The position numbers and the translations under genes are program-made. From Methanobacteriota archaeon (GTDB lineage Archaea > Methanobacteriota > Methanobacteria > Methanobacteriales > Methanobacteriaceae): a stretch of DNA of 59,417 nucleotides. The stretch covers positions 1 to 59,417 of the forward strand of contig JAEZAV010000102.1 in NCBI GenBank assembly GCA_023430285.1, in the 5' to 3' direction. Under the pieces are notes generated by a model that had not been told where the DNA came from, ran no database searches, and was given only the letters and a program-made list of their open reading frames with translations. Every line of letters starts with the position of its first letter. Position 1 is the stretch's first letter. Shown piece by piece: positions 50,073-59,417 of this stretch.

Positions 50073-50903
50073 TTATTCTGGTTTGTCAGCTAAAGCGACT
50101 TTACTTAGAGTCTGGCCTTTTCCACCGTGAGGAGTCCTTACAACGGTGTCGTTAGCCTTTTCTATGTCTCTTGCTTCGGATGCTAATTTAGCTGCTACAC
50201 CTAACATTTCGTGAGCTGATGCAACTAAAGGTATGTACTTTTCAGCGTCCCTAACCATGAAACATCCTTCGACATCTATGTCTGCCACTTTGGTTGCTAT
50301 TTCGTATGCAGCCATTGCTTTTGCTTTTGCGTATGGGCTGCTGAAAGCAGCTGCTTCGACAGCCTTATCCCTTGTTATTACAACTTTAGGGAGTTCGAGT
50401 GTTTCTCCAGATTCAACTGCTGTTACTGCAGCATCGATTGTGTCCTGAACTACTCTGTATGCTCCGGTTAAAGCTAACACTTTAATTACATCGGAGTTAA
50501 AAGATGCCATTTCTGTTGGGTCAAGGAATTCTCTCCTTGCACCTATCATTGGGTCTGCTTTGACGATGATGTAGCCTAGGCCTTGTTCATCCATTTCGTC
50601 CTTGGATCTTAATCCTGGAGCGTCACCAATTATGATTGCAGGAACGTCTGCTGCAGATAATAATTCTCTAGCTTTAGCAGGGCCTGGTGCACCTGGGTTT
50701 GGGCTTATGAATATAACAAAATCTCTGTCCATTTCTAACATTAATGGTACAGCCTTCTCGATTTCTTCTGGGTTCATTTTAGCCCCAGAACCAACTACAC
50801 AAGTATCTATGTTTGGTCTGTCAGCCCTCTCATCAAGTAATAAGTCAATTACTGGGGAGGTACCGATGTTACCGCATTTAATGATTCCTATTTTTACAAC
50901 CAT
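50073..50903 (-). CDS. mtd: F420-dependent methylene-H4MPT dehydrogenase
   Basis: KCGNIG, LLDERADR, GSGAKM, DPMIGARREFLDPTEMA, RTPH. Confidence 0.95.
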   Translation of the reverse strand: MVVKIGIIKCGNIGTSPVIDLLLDERADRPNIDTCVVGSGAKMNPEEIEKAVPLMLEMDRDFVIFISPNPGAPGPAKARELLSAADVPAIIIGDAPGLRSKDEMDEQGLGYIIVKADPMIGARREFLDPTEMASFNSDVIKVLALTGAYRVVQDTIDAAVTAVESGETLELPKVVITRDKAVEAAAFSSPYAKAKAMAAYEIATKVADIDVEGCFMVRDAEKYIPLVASAHEMLGVAAKLASEARDIEKANDTVVRTPHGGKGQTLSKVALADKPE

Positions 50904-51148
50904 TTTATCACCAGACTTGCTATTCAAATGATCTAATAAGTATTTTTTGATTTAATTTTTTTGACTAAGCTTTTATAGGTGTTGAGAAGGACGATATAAA
51001 GAGAACTAAAATTAGATTTGATATACCCATACTGATCCTTTAAAATTAGGAATAAATTAATTCCTCACAGAATCCAATCCCAAATTAATGTCTAGAACAA
51101 ATTTAACTCGTAATATAAGTTTAATTGAATAAATTTAAGATATTGCCT

Positions 51149-52219
51149 TCATTTAAATTCGGATCTGGCATTCCATATACTTCTAAAGCTTTGAATACCA
51201 CTTGATCTGGTTTTGAGTTTGTCAAAATTTTTTATGATTTCTAGAGTGTTTTTTACTGCAGTTTCACCATTATTTACTAATTTTCTCCCATTAGGAGTTT
51301 TTATCTCTCTGACTGCATCTGCAATATCCTCTATTTCAGCAACTTCGATCCCTATTTCATGGGCCAGATCCACACTTGCATGTCTCCTGTGAAATCCTGC
51401 TATTTTAACTGCTGGGGTGGAAAGTACTCCTGCTTCAATGGTTAAGCCCATGCCGGCACCGTAAATTATTCCCTTAGATGCCATCATAAGCCCTGGTAAC
51501 TCAACATATCCCTCTAGAACCTTTAAATTTGGAGATTTTATGAAGGATTTAACGTAAGATTCGCTGAATCTAAATGGAACAACAAGTACATTTGTATTGA
51601 GACTTTCAACCTGGTGTATAATGTTTGGAACATCTTCTCCCTTCACATCTCCTCCTAAAACAAGTAAATAAAATTCATCTACTGAATATTTAGTTTTAAC
51701 AGAATCGGAATCTTCCATTTCAAGTGCGTCCACGTATACTGCCATGGGATAGCCACCTATTGAATGGACATTTTTGAGGCCATACCTATTTTCTACATAT
51801 TCTTTATATTCAGGAGTTGGAACAGTGACTAAATTTGAAAATGCCAACATTTCTATTGGATTGTAAATGTCTTGTTCAATGTGTAAGTTGGGTATTCTAA
51901 GGATTTTAGCGGCGGATATCCCTTTTCGGACATCTCCGGCATTTCCACATGTCATCAAAAGATCAATATCCCTACCCCTTAGAAATTTAATGACTCGCCA
52001 TACATCCTCCATTACCAAGGTAGCGATCTTAGAGTTGGAACGTTTTTTAGCTCCATGCCCCCTACTCTGGCCAATGGAATGTATTTCTGTACAGTAGTTA
52101 CCCAATATTTCTTCGACTCCATGGCCATGGGTTAATCCAATGACATCAGCATCTAGTTGTTGAATAATCGGTACAAATGCTTTTGCTGGTGCCATTTCTG
52201 CTAAAACTGCTATTTTCAT
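51149..52219 (-). CDS. Hypothetical GT-B-fold (glycosyltransferase/epimerase-like) protein
   Basis: Two Rossmann-like halves; HIEQD, IGGYP, GAGMGLTIEA...P. Confidence 0.5.
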   Translation of the reverse strand: MKIAVLAEMAPAKAFVPIIQQLDADVIGLTHGHGVEEILGNYCTEIHSIGQSRGHGAKKRSNSKIATLVMEDVWRVIKFLRGRDIDLLMTCGNAGDVRKGISAAKILRIPNLHIEQDIYNPIEMLAFSNLVTVPTPEYKEYVENRYGLKNVHSIGGYPMAVYVDALEMEDSDSVKTKYSVDEFYLLVLGGDVKGEDVPNIIHQVESLNTNVLVVPFRFSESYVKSFIKSPNLKVLEGYVELPGLMMASKGIIYGAGMGLTIEAGVLSTPAVKIAGFHRRHASVDLAHEIGIEVAEIEDIADAVREIKTPNGRKLVNNGETAVKNTLEIIKNFDKLKTRSSGIQSFRSIWNARSEFK

Positions 52220-52241
52220 TGTCATCTCCACTTATGATAGC

Positions 52242-53597
52242 TTATGAATCTTTGCTGTGTGAGTTCCTTGCAAAATTTAAACCAAACTGGGGACAGGCAG
52301 CTACATGAGTATGAACATAGCTTGCAACTGTGTTGTTTTCCATTAAACCATCGTTGGAACCATCTATTCCACGACCCCTTAAAATTTTAAAGGCATATTT
52401 AGGATTTTTTCCATCTACTTCGATCTTTGAATAATGAAATTCATGGCCTTTAAACTGTTCCCCCTTGTTTAAGATGATGTTATCATTTTGTGCTTCTGAA
52501 ATAACGTAACTCAATGCTTGAACATTTTTTGTCATGTTTGAAGGATATTTAAAAACATTGCACATTGAATGACCATTTATAGATTTAGATAAGTACATCA
52601 GGCCCCCACATTCTGCGTAGATGGGATGGGCATCATTGTGAAACTTAAGTATGGATTCCCTCATGGAACTGTTTCTTGATAGTTCCTTAGCAAATATTTC
52701 TGGGTAACCCCCCCCAATGTACAATCCATCCACATCAGGAATTGTTTCATCGTGTGTCGGGCTAAATGGAATAATTTTAGCTTTATTTGCTTCTAAGGAT
52801 TCGATGTTTTCTTTGTAATAGAATGTGAATACTTCATCCATTGCTACCCCTATCTTAACTGGTTTCTTATTCCCTTCCTCCCAAATTGGTTCCCTTCCAC
52901 TAGGTAGATCACCGGAATTTTTCATAATATCTATTAGGGCATCTAGATCTATGTTGTTGGTCATTTCCTCTCCCCATTTTTCAATGGATTGGAGAATATT
53001 TTCACGTTCTACAGCCGGTACCAATCCTAAATGTCGTTGTTCTACGGTTATAGCTTCTTTTCTGGGTATGCCCCCTATCACAGGAGTATCAGAGAGTTTT
53101 TCCACGGCTTCTTTGGTTTTTAAATAGTGTTTTTTATTTTTCACATAGTTTAAAATAACCCCATCTATCCTTATGGATGGATCTAGTGTTTTAAATCCAA
53201 TTACAACTGCAGCAGCACTTTTAACAAGACTTCGAGAGTTCAGAATCAGAATCACAGGAGCATTAAGGGCTTTTGCCACAGAGGCTGTGCTACCCACATC
53301 ACCTAAGGGACTTATACCTTCATAAAGACCCCTAACCCCTTCAATTATTCCCAAGTCTGATTTAGAGCTTTTTATTCCCCTTTCAAATGCTTCGCGAATT
53401 TGACCATCAGACATGAAAAAAGAATCGAGATTTCTTGAAACATTTCCAGTGGCTAAACCATGATAGGTTGGATCAATATAATCAGGACCAGCTTTAAAGG
53501 GTTGGACATTGTACTCAGACGAAAGGGCGCTCATTATACCCGTAGAAATTGTTGTTTTCCCAACTGCACTTCCTGTTCCTGCTATAACGGCTCTCAT
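52242..53597 (-). CDS. cfbB: Ni-sirohydrochlorin / cobyrinate a,c-diamide synthase (CfbB/CobB-CbiA family)
   Basis: [48 protein letters not shown]. CfbB cannot be separated from CbiA by eye. Confidence 0.8.
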   Translation of the reverse strand: MRAVIAGTGSAVGKTTISTGIMSALSSEYNVQPFKAGPDYIDPTYHGLATGNVSRNLDSFFMSDGQIREAFERGIKSSKSDLGIIEGVRGLYEGISPLGDVGSTASVAKALNAPVILILNSRSLVKSAAAVVIGFKTLDPSIRIDGVILNYVKNKKHYLKTKEAVEKLSDTPVIGGIPRKEAITVEQRHLGLVPAVERENILQSIEKWGEEMTNNIDLDALIDIMKNSGDLPSGREPIWEEGNKKPVKIGVAMDEVFTFYYKENIESLEANKAKIIPFSPTHDETIPDVDGLYIGGGYPEIFAKELSRNSSMRESILKFHNDAHPIYAECGGLMYLSKSINGHSMCNVFKYPSNMTKNVQALSYVISEAQNDNIILNKGEQFKGHEFHYSKIEVDGKNPKYAFKILRGRGIDGSNDGLMENNTVASYVHTHVAACPQFGLNFARNSHSKDS

Positions 53598-53681
53598 ACT
53601 ATTTAGTAAGTGTTGATCTTATTTATAATTTGATTATTTTTAAAAAATTATAATTAATATCAACTCATAATATTTTTTGTA

Positions 53682-54800
53682 ATGAACAGAGTTAGAAGAA
53701 TGGAAATTCTTGGAGAATCTGCCAAATATGACAGATGTAATTATGGAAATTACAACCCCGACAATTTTTTTTCTGAGAAATTACCCGGTGTTTACAATGC
53801 AACCAATCCTAACGGAGTTTGCATGCCGCTTTTCAAGGTTTTAATGACCAATAAATGTTCAAACGACTGTACTTATTGTGTCAATAACTGTGCCAACAAA
53901 TTCAACAGAGTGGAACTATCACCCTCTGAATTGACATCAATCTTTCTAGAATACTACAATAGCAAGTTGGTTGAAGGTCTTTTTTTAAGTTCAGGGGTTC
54001 CTGGAGATATTGACGTGTCCATGGAAAACATGGTTGAGGTCGCAAGGCAGCTCAGAATGGAGCACGGCTATCAGGGTTACATTCATTTGAAGATACTACC
54101 CGGATCATCCTATGACATGATCAAAAGAGCCATGAGCCTGGCTAATCGTGTCAGTATAAACATTGAAGCAGCTACTTCTGAAGGTTTCAATGAACTATCA
54201 TCAACCAAAAATTTTAACACAGATATTTTAAGGAGAATGGCATGGATTAAAAGGCTCATGAAAAGGGATGACAATTTAGCACCATCTGGTCACACAACAC
54301 AATTCATAGTTGGTGCCTCCCATGAATCAGATTCTGATATTATAAAGAGAGTAAATTGGCTTTATAAAAAAATGGATATTAGACGAAGCTACTTCAGTGC
54401 TTTCAATTCCATGGCGGGCACCCCCCTTGAAGGTCATGAAGAACCTGCTCCTTTAAGAACTGGCCGACTCTACCAAGCAGATCATCTTGTTAAATCCTAT
54501 GGATTCGATCTGAAAGAACTGACCTTTGAAGAAGATGGTAACATGAAACTTGATATGGATCCTAAGTATGTTACTGCAGTTTCGAACATGGATATGTTCC
54601 CAATTGAACTCAACACAGCAACTTATAAAGAACTACTCAGAGTCCCGGGTATTGGAAAAATCTCGGCCAGAAGGATTATTGAATCTAGAAAACGTGGCAA
54701 ACAATATAAAAATTTAGAAGAACTTAAAAATATTGGCGTAAATATTAAAAAGGCTGAAATATTTGTTAAACTTAAAAATTCGTATCAAACTACACTTTAA
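53682..54800 (+). CDS. Radical SAM protein with C-terminal HhH (putative DNA modification/repair type)
   Basis: CSNDCTYC, GLFLSSG, GYIHLK, RLYQAD, LLRVPGIG. Confidence 0.85.
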   Translation: MNRVRRMEILGESAKYDRCNYGNYNPDNFFSEKLPGVYNATNPNGVCMPLFKVLMTNKCSNDCTYCVNNCANKFNRVELSPSELTSIFLEYYNSKLVEGLFLSSGVPGDIDVSMENMVEVARQLRMEHGYQGYIHLKILPGSSYDMIKRAMSLANRVSINIEAATSEGFNELSSTKNFNTDILRRMAWIKRLMKRDDNLAPSGHTTQFIVGASHESDSDIIKRVNWLYKKMDIRRSYFSAFNSMAGTPLEGHEEPAPLRTGRLYQADHLVKSYGFDLKELTFEEDGNMKLDMDPKYVTAVSNMDMFPIELNTATYKELLRVPGIGKISARRIIESRKRGKQYKNLEELKNIGVNIKKAEIFVKLKNSYQTTL

Positions 54801-54838
54801 ATTGCTTGTTTTTAGTTATTTTATTGTAAAAAAAGTAA

Positions 54839-54894
54839 GTATAAGTTATAACTTACAAGATATAACTTAGAACTTATAAGTTATAAGTTATCAG
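54839..54894. repeat. Heptad array C (8 x TTATAA[G/C]-like)
   Basis: GTATAAG TTATAAC TTACAAG ATATAAC TTAGAAC TTATAAG TTATAAG TTATCAG. The last unit overlaps the stop codon of the ParA-partner gene. Confidence 0.85.
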
Positions 54895-55313
54895 ATATTT
54901 TTGTCTTCAAACACTTCCCAAAGTTCAGGGTACTTGTCTTTAACAGCATCCTCTATCAGGGCAGAAGCTTCCTTACTAATACTGAATTCCGGCTTTGTTT
55001 TTTTCAGCAACCTTAACACTGCAGCTGATTTAGCTGACCATAAAGATATTCGGGGGTTTTTATTTACCTCATCGATAACACTGTCCACAAGGTCTTCTTG
55101 AATAAAGTTGTCTTGGATTTCCGATTTAGTTTTCTTAGTGGTGCTCTGTTTCTTAGGTGTTGTTTTGCGTTTAGTGGTTTTGGGCTTTGAAGTTTTAGAT
55201 CTTGGTTTTTGACTAGATTTTATTGTTTCTTCAGGTTTCTTCTCTTCTTGTGGTTCCATTCGAATTAATGCATCTAACCCTCTTCCAAGGGCACTTTCTT
55301 TTTTCTGAGTCAT
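54891..55313 (-). CDS. ParA partner: N-terminal LGRGLDAL peptide, basic linker, probable ribbon-helix-helix domain
   Basis: SALGRGLDALI; K/T/S/P-rich linker; C-terminal strand-helix-helix pattern (PRISLWS-AKSAAVLRLLKK-SISKEASALIEDAV); ATGA overlap with parA. Confidence 0.7.
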   Translation of the reverse strand: MTQKKESALGRGLDALIRMEPQEEKKPEETIKSSQKPRSKTSKPKTTKRKTTPKKQSTTKKTKSEIQDNFIQEDLVDSVIDEVNKNPRISLWSAKSAAVLRLLKKTKPEFSISKEASALIEDAVKDKYPELWEVFEDKNI

Positions 55314-56095
55314 TTATTGTCCACCATCCCGTCGATCTTGATGATTTCCTTAGCCAGATCAACGTAAGCCTGGGAACCACTTGATTCTTCATCATATATT
55401 ATACAAGGTTTACCATGGCTCGGTGCTTCTGCTAGGGTAACATTTCGAGGAATGGTAGTCTTAAATATGTACTCCGATGATCCAAAGTACTCCTTAACAT
55501 TGCTGTATACATCCCTTCCAAGCCGTGTTCTTGAATCGTAGAGCGTGAGTAGAATACCTTTGATTGGAGAAGGACTTTTTAATCTACTTTCCACTAATTG
55601 TATAGCTTCTAACAAATCTGCCATACCTTCCAAGGCATAAAATTCAGCTTGTATAGGTATTATAACACTGTCTGCAGCCACAAGACAATTGATAGTCAAA
55701 ATACCCAATGAAGGCGGAACATCAATGAATATATAATCGTAATCCTCTGCCACACCTTCCATTGCCATTTCTAGTATGGTGTGATATCCCACTTCTTTAC
55801 TTAATTCAATTTCAGCACCACTCAAAGCAATATTGCTCGGTACAACATCAAGCCCTGAAACATCGGTTGAAACAGTTGCATCCTCAACATTACTGTTTCC
55901 TGTTAAAACTGAATATATGGTGCTATCTACTTCATTCTTTTGTATTCCAAAACCTGTTGTTGCATTTCCCTGTGGATCCATATCCACAACGAGAACACGC
56001 TTATCGTTAAGTGCAAGGGCTGCTGCTAAATTTACTGCAGTTGTGGTTTTACCACAGCCCCCTTTTTGATTTAATATTGCTATTATTTCAGCCAT
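55310..56095 (-). CDS. parA: ParA/Soj-family ATPase
   Basis: Deviant Walker A NQKGGCGKTT, DMDPQGNAT, DVPPSLG, QAEFYALEG, YDSRT, IPRNVTLAEAPSHG. GGAGG precedes ATG 56095. Confidence 0.9.
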   Translation of the reverse strand: MAEIIAILNQKGGCGKTTTAVNLAAALALNDKRVLVVDMDPQGNATTGFGIQKNEVDSTIYSVLTGNSNVEDATVSTDVSGLDVVPSNIALSGAEIELSKEVGYHTILEMAMEGVAEDYDYIFIDVPPSLGILTINCLVAADSVIIPIQAEFYALEGMADLLEAIQLVESRLKSPSPIKGILLTLYDSRTRLGRDVYSNVKEYFGSSEYIFKTTIPRNVTLAEAPSHGKPCIIYDEESSGSQAYVDLAKEIIKIDGMVDNK

Positions 56096-56116
56096 GTGGT
56101 CTGCCTCCATTGATTA

Positions 56117-56151
56117 TTATAAGTTCTAAATTATAACTTATAACTTATAAT
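56117..56151. repeat. Heptad array D (5 x TTATAA[G/C]-like) in the parA promoter
   Basis: TTATAAG TTCTAAA TTATAAC TTATAAC TTATAAT between the minus-strand TATA (TTTATAT, 56156-56150) and the parA RBS. Confidence 0.85.
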
Positions 56152-56327
56152 ATAAATATTTTTGTCAAATTCCCAAGCCACACCAGGGATAATAGATTAA
56201 ATTAATCAAATTTCCAAAATAAAAAAGAATTACGTCCTAGAATTAGAATAAAAAATAATTATTGGACCAAAAAATAGACCACCAACGTGATCTGACAAAA
56301 AAAATTAAAAAAATAGAAGAATAGGGT

Positions 56328-58172
56328 TTAGAAATTAACTCTATTTCCCAATGTAATTGGGAGTGGAAGTTTTCTAAATGGCATGCCTTTAGTTTCTTCG
56401 TGGATTCTGTTGACTAATTCGTCAATGCCCATTTCTATCTTTTCATTAGTTTCCCTTACGTTAACTGTAACGGCTCCACCTTCGAGTTCTCTGTCACCTA
56501 TTACAATAACGTATGGCACCCAATCTCCTGCGGCATTTCTAATTTTTTTACCAACAGTTTCATGCCTTTCATCGAGATCCACCCTGACATTTTGTTCCCT
56601 TATCTTTTGAACAACATCCTGTGCATAGTCATTGTGACGTTCTGCAATTGGAATCACCCTAACCTGTGAAGGAGTTAACCATATAGGTAACATAGGCGGC
56701 CTGAAGTTTCTTTCAATGGCACTTTTTTCGAGTAAACTGCAAATTACCCTTTCGATACTGCCAGTAGGACTGCAGTGAATGATGATCGGATGTATTTCGT
56801 TCTCATCTGGATCTATGTATGTTATTCCGAACCTTTCACCACTCTCCACATCGATCTGTATGGTTGGATTTTCAATTGGCCTTCCAAGATAATCGATTGC
56901 TGCAAAATCCATCTTTGCAATCCAATAATGCTTTCTTTCAGGTAAAATTTCCAATAAAACAGGTTTCCCTATTTTATCTGCAGATGAAAAGACCCATTCT
57001 TTATTTTCTTCGAAAAAGTCCTTGGTTGCCCTCATTATAACTTCGTAGTTGACTTCAAGGTCTATTCCTGTTTGTTTGCACATGTCAATCTGACCATCAA
57101 ATTCAACCATGGCATGGTCAACATCTGCACAAACAGTATGGAGATCAGGCATTGTAAAGCCTCTTAAACGTTTTAAACCGACAACTTCTCCTTTTTTCTC
57201 TAATCTGAAACTGTAGGTTGATAATTCATATATTCCTACAGGAAGGTTTTTCCAAGTTAAAAAGGAATCTGAAAGCACTCTAAATGCCCCGAAACAGCAC
57301 GCATATCTTAACATTAATTCCTTGTTTTTTGTACCCATTCTGTACTGTCTCTCTCCGAATTTCTCAGCATGCACCCTTATGGCATCATCCGCCAAGTCGT
57401 ACATTATTGGTGTCTCAACAGGCATTGCTCCCCTTTCAGTTACCAAGTTGTAAACATAATCTGCTAGAAGGTCGCGTATTAACCTGCCCTTAGGATACCA
57501 CCTTAAATGACCCACGTCTGCAGATGGTTCATAATCTGCAAGGTGTTTCTCCCTCATAATTTTTACGTGGGGTGGTTCTTCTCCTGTGGATTCGCCCCTA
57601 CCCAATTCGTAATCAACCAGTTTCTTAAGATCGTTATTTTCAAAATTGTAGTCTGAAATATCGAGAAGCTTTCCATCTGCCAGCATGTAAAATTCAGATT
57701 TTGCTGATTCGGATTCTTCTTTAGGTTCTTCAGAAGCTTCTTCTGGTTTTTCATCGGTTATGGTTCTTGAAAGTTCAGAAAGTGGATGACCCTTACAGGC
57801 AACTTCAAATGATTTGTACCATCCGAAAGGAACCCTCTTAACATTTACACCCAAATTAGCTAGGCCAGTTTCCATGTTGGTCAAGATCTGCTTAGCCATA
57901 TCTGGAGAACTTAAAGATGAACTTAAGTGTGCATACGGATATACTGCTACTATTTCGGCTCCAACTTTACCAAATACATCATTAATCTCGTTAATAGCAT
58001 TTTCCACGATGATATCTGGATTTTTTTCGTCTTCCTTCTCAACAGCTGTGAACACCACAAGAGCATTCTCATACTCTCCTTGTTTCTTATCCTCAGGTAT
58101 TTTTTCAGCTATCCTTGTTTTGGATTTGGTTTTGTATTTTAAATAATCAGAATGAATCAAAAGTATTCTCAT
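56328..58172 (-). CDS. thrS: Threonine--tRNA ligase (archaeal type)
   Basis: [16 protein letters not shown] and PFGWYK editing domain; [23 protein letters not shown]. Confidence 0.95.
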   Translation of the reverse strand: MRILLIHSDYLKYKTKSKTRIAEKIPEDKKQGEYENALVVFTAVEKEDEKNPDIIVENAINEINDVFGKVGAEIVAVYPYAHLSSSLSSPDMAKQILTNMETGLANLGVNVKRVPFGWYKSFEVACKGHPLSELSRTITDEKPEEASEEPKEESESAKSEFYMLADGKLLDISDYNFENNDLKKLVDYELGRGESTGEEPPHVKIMREKHLADYEPSADVGHLRWYPKGRLIRDLLADYVYNLVTERGAMPVETPIMYDLADDAIRVHAEKFGERQYRMGTKNKELMLRYACCFGAFRVLSDSFLTWKNLPVGIYELSTYSFRLEKKGEVVGLKRLRGFTMPDLHTVCADVDHAMVEFDGQIDMCKQTGIDLEVNYEVIMRATKDFFEENKEWVFSSADKIGKPVLLEILPERKHYWIAKMDFAAIDYLGRPIENPTIQIDVESGERFGITYIDPDENEIHPIIIHCSPTGSIERVICSLLEKSAIERNFRPPMLPIWLTPSQVRVIPIAERHNDYAQDVVQKIREQNVRVDLDERHETVGKKIRNAAGDWVPYVIVIGDRELEGGAVTVNVRETNEKIEMGIDELVNRIHEETKGMPFRKLPLPITLGNRVNF

Positions 58173-58488
58173 TGTACCACCTTAGTTATATTAAAAAAAC
58201 TGTTGATTTCTTACTATTTCCATAAAATTACTTTAAAAATTGTTATGCAATTCCATCTCATAATTTAGAAATGATATTGAAAACCATTAATATAAATTTA
58301 AACAATTTTATTTATGTAGTTATTGAAAACAGGTTTTTATACAAACAAAATTTAATTGTTTGAATGTTCATTTTAAATGATATGATAATTATAAATGTAC
58401 TACAAATTGTTATATAAATATAGTCCAGAATAAATTACAAAATTTTTTATCTGAATTATTAATTTTTATATTAACTCATGGTGATCGA

Positions 58489-59417
58489 ATGAGAAGTGAC
58501 ACTATTAAAAAGGGATTACATCGAGCTCCACACAGATCTCTTTTGAGAGCTTGTGGATTAAACGATGAAGATATGAAAAAGCCTTTCATAGGTATTGCAA
58601 ACAGTTATACAGACATTGTTCCAGGACATGTGCACCTAAACTCCATTGCAGATGCTGTTAAGCAGAGTATTGCAGAAGCTGGAGGGCTTGGATTTGAATT
58701 TAACACCATGGCAATTTGTGATGGAATAGCCATGAATCATGAAGGCATGAGGTACTCCCTTGCTTCAAGGGAAATTGTAGCAGACACGGTTGAAAGCATG
58801 GCCATGGCACATCAATTTGATGGTTTGGTCCTCATTCCTACATGTGACAAAATTGTGCCAGGAATGCTCATGGCAGCTGCAAGATTAGATATTCCTGCAA
58901 TAGTTGTTACAGGCGGCCCAATGATTCCAGGCAAATTTAAGGGAAAAAATGTAGATTTAATAAGTGTTTATGAAGCAGTTGGAGCTGTTTCATCAGGCAA
59001 AATGACTGAAGAAGATATTGATGAACTGGAACGATGCGCGTGCCCAGGTCCAGGCTCTTGTTCGGGTTTGTTCACTGCAAATACAATGGCATGTATTACA
59101 GAAGCCATTGGAATGAGTTTACCATACTGTGCAACAGCTCATGCAGTTGATAAAAAGAAACTTAATTTAGCATCTGATTCTGGTAAAAAGATCCTAGAAC
59201 TCGTGGAAAAAAATATCACCCCGTCCAAGATAATGACACAGCAGGCATTTGAAAATGCAATAGCTGTGGATATGGCATTGGGAGGTTCTTCCAACACAGC
59301 ACTGCATGTTCCTGCAATTGCATTTGAACTTGAAGAACATGGAGTTAAGGTGGATCTGGATCTGTTCAACGATATGAGCAAGGAAATTCCACACATAACT
59401 CACCTAAGTCCTGCAGG
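58489..59417 (+). CDS. ilvD: Dihydroxy-acid dehydratase (runs off the window edge)
   Basis: Manual translation [23 protein letters not shown]...PGHVHL...ICDGIAM...CDKIVPG...[16 protein letters not shown]...GGSSN. GGTGA RBS. Confidence 0.95.
   Translation, partial: MRSDTIKKGLHRAPHRSLLRACGLNDEDMKKPFIGIANSYTDIVPGHVHLNSIADAVKQSIAEAGGLGFEFNTMAICDGIAMNHEGMRYSLASREIVADTVESMAMAHQFDGLVLIPTCDKIVPGMLMAAARLDIPAIVVTGGPMIPGKFKGKNVDLISVYEAVGAVSSGKMTEEDIDELERCACPGPGSCSGLFTANTMACITEAIGMSLPYCATAHAVDKKKLNLASDSGKKILELVEKNITPSKIMTQQAFENAIAVDMALGGSSNTALHVPAIAFELEEHGVKVDLDLFNDMSKEIPHITHLSPA

Noticed and set aside
47259..56151. Heptad arrays as CRISPR or slippage microsatellites
   Set aside because: Units are 7 bp with no spacers and no cas genes nearby. 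Degenerate but phased units at four separate sites fit protein-binding arrays better than recent slippage.
621..59403. Numerous 60-150 aa ORFs antisense to or overlapping the called genes
   Set aside because: They are shadow frames of well-supported genes, with no RBS or family motifs. This includes the two minus-strand ORFs over ilvD.

Overview
AT-rich archaeal chromosome segment from a Methanobacteriales methanogen, Methanobacterium-like by gene content and protein sequences. The flanks (about 0.4-14.5 kb and 46.6-59.4 kb) are mostly housekeeping genes: PadR/ABC exporter, albA, leuA, trpB2, fae-hps, hisB, mtd, cfbB/cobB, thrS and ilvD. Between them lies a block of about 32 kb that reads as a nickel-starvation programme. 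It holds a NikMN-QO transporter, a thermonicotianamine-synthase homologue with a divergent GNAT, hmd with hcgA-G, an FdhA-like/FdhB-like/MvhD-like (flp/elp) cluster, an Hmd paralogue, and a surface-exposed CobN-like operon with DUF2162, MotA/ExbB-like and DUF2149 genes. Most promoters in the block carry a GTAATAC-N14-GTATTAC-like dyad. The main candidate for an undescribed system is a ParA plus a small protein with a ParB-type 'LGRGLDAL' peptide and a probable ribbon-helix-helix domain. It is flanked by phased TTATAA(G/C) heptad arrays, with two more arrays about 7.5 kb away, suggesting a chromosomal partition module with centromere-like sites. Other leads are a hairpin motif shared by two metal-regulated intergenic regions, two apparent non-AUG starts, and a 12-residue His repeat on NikO. 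No tRNA, rRNA, CRISPR array or transposase was recognised. All product calls come from motif recognition by eye, not database searches.
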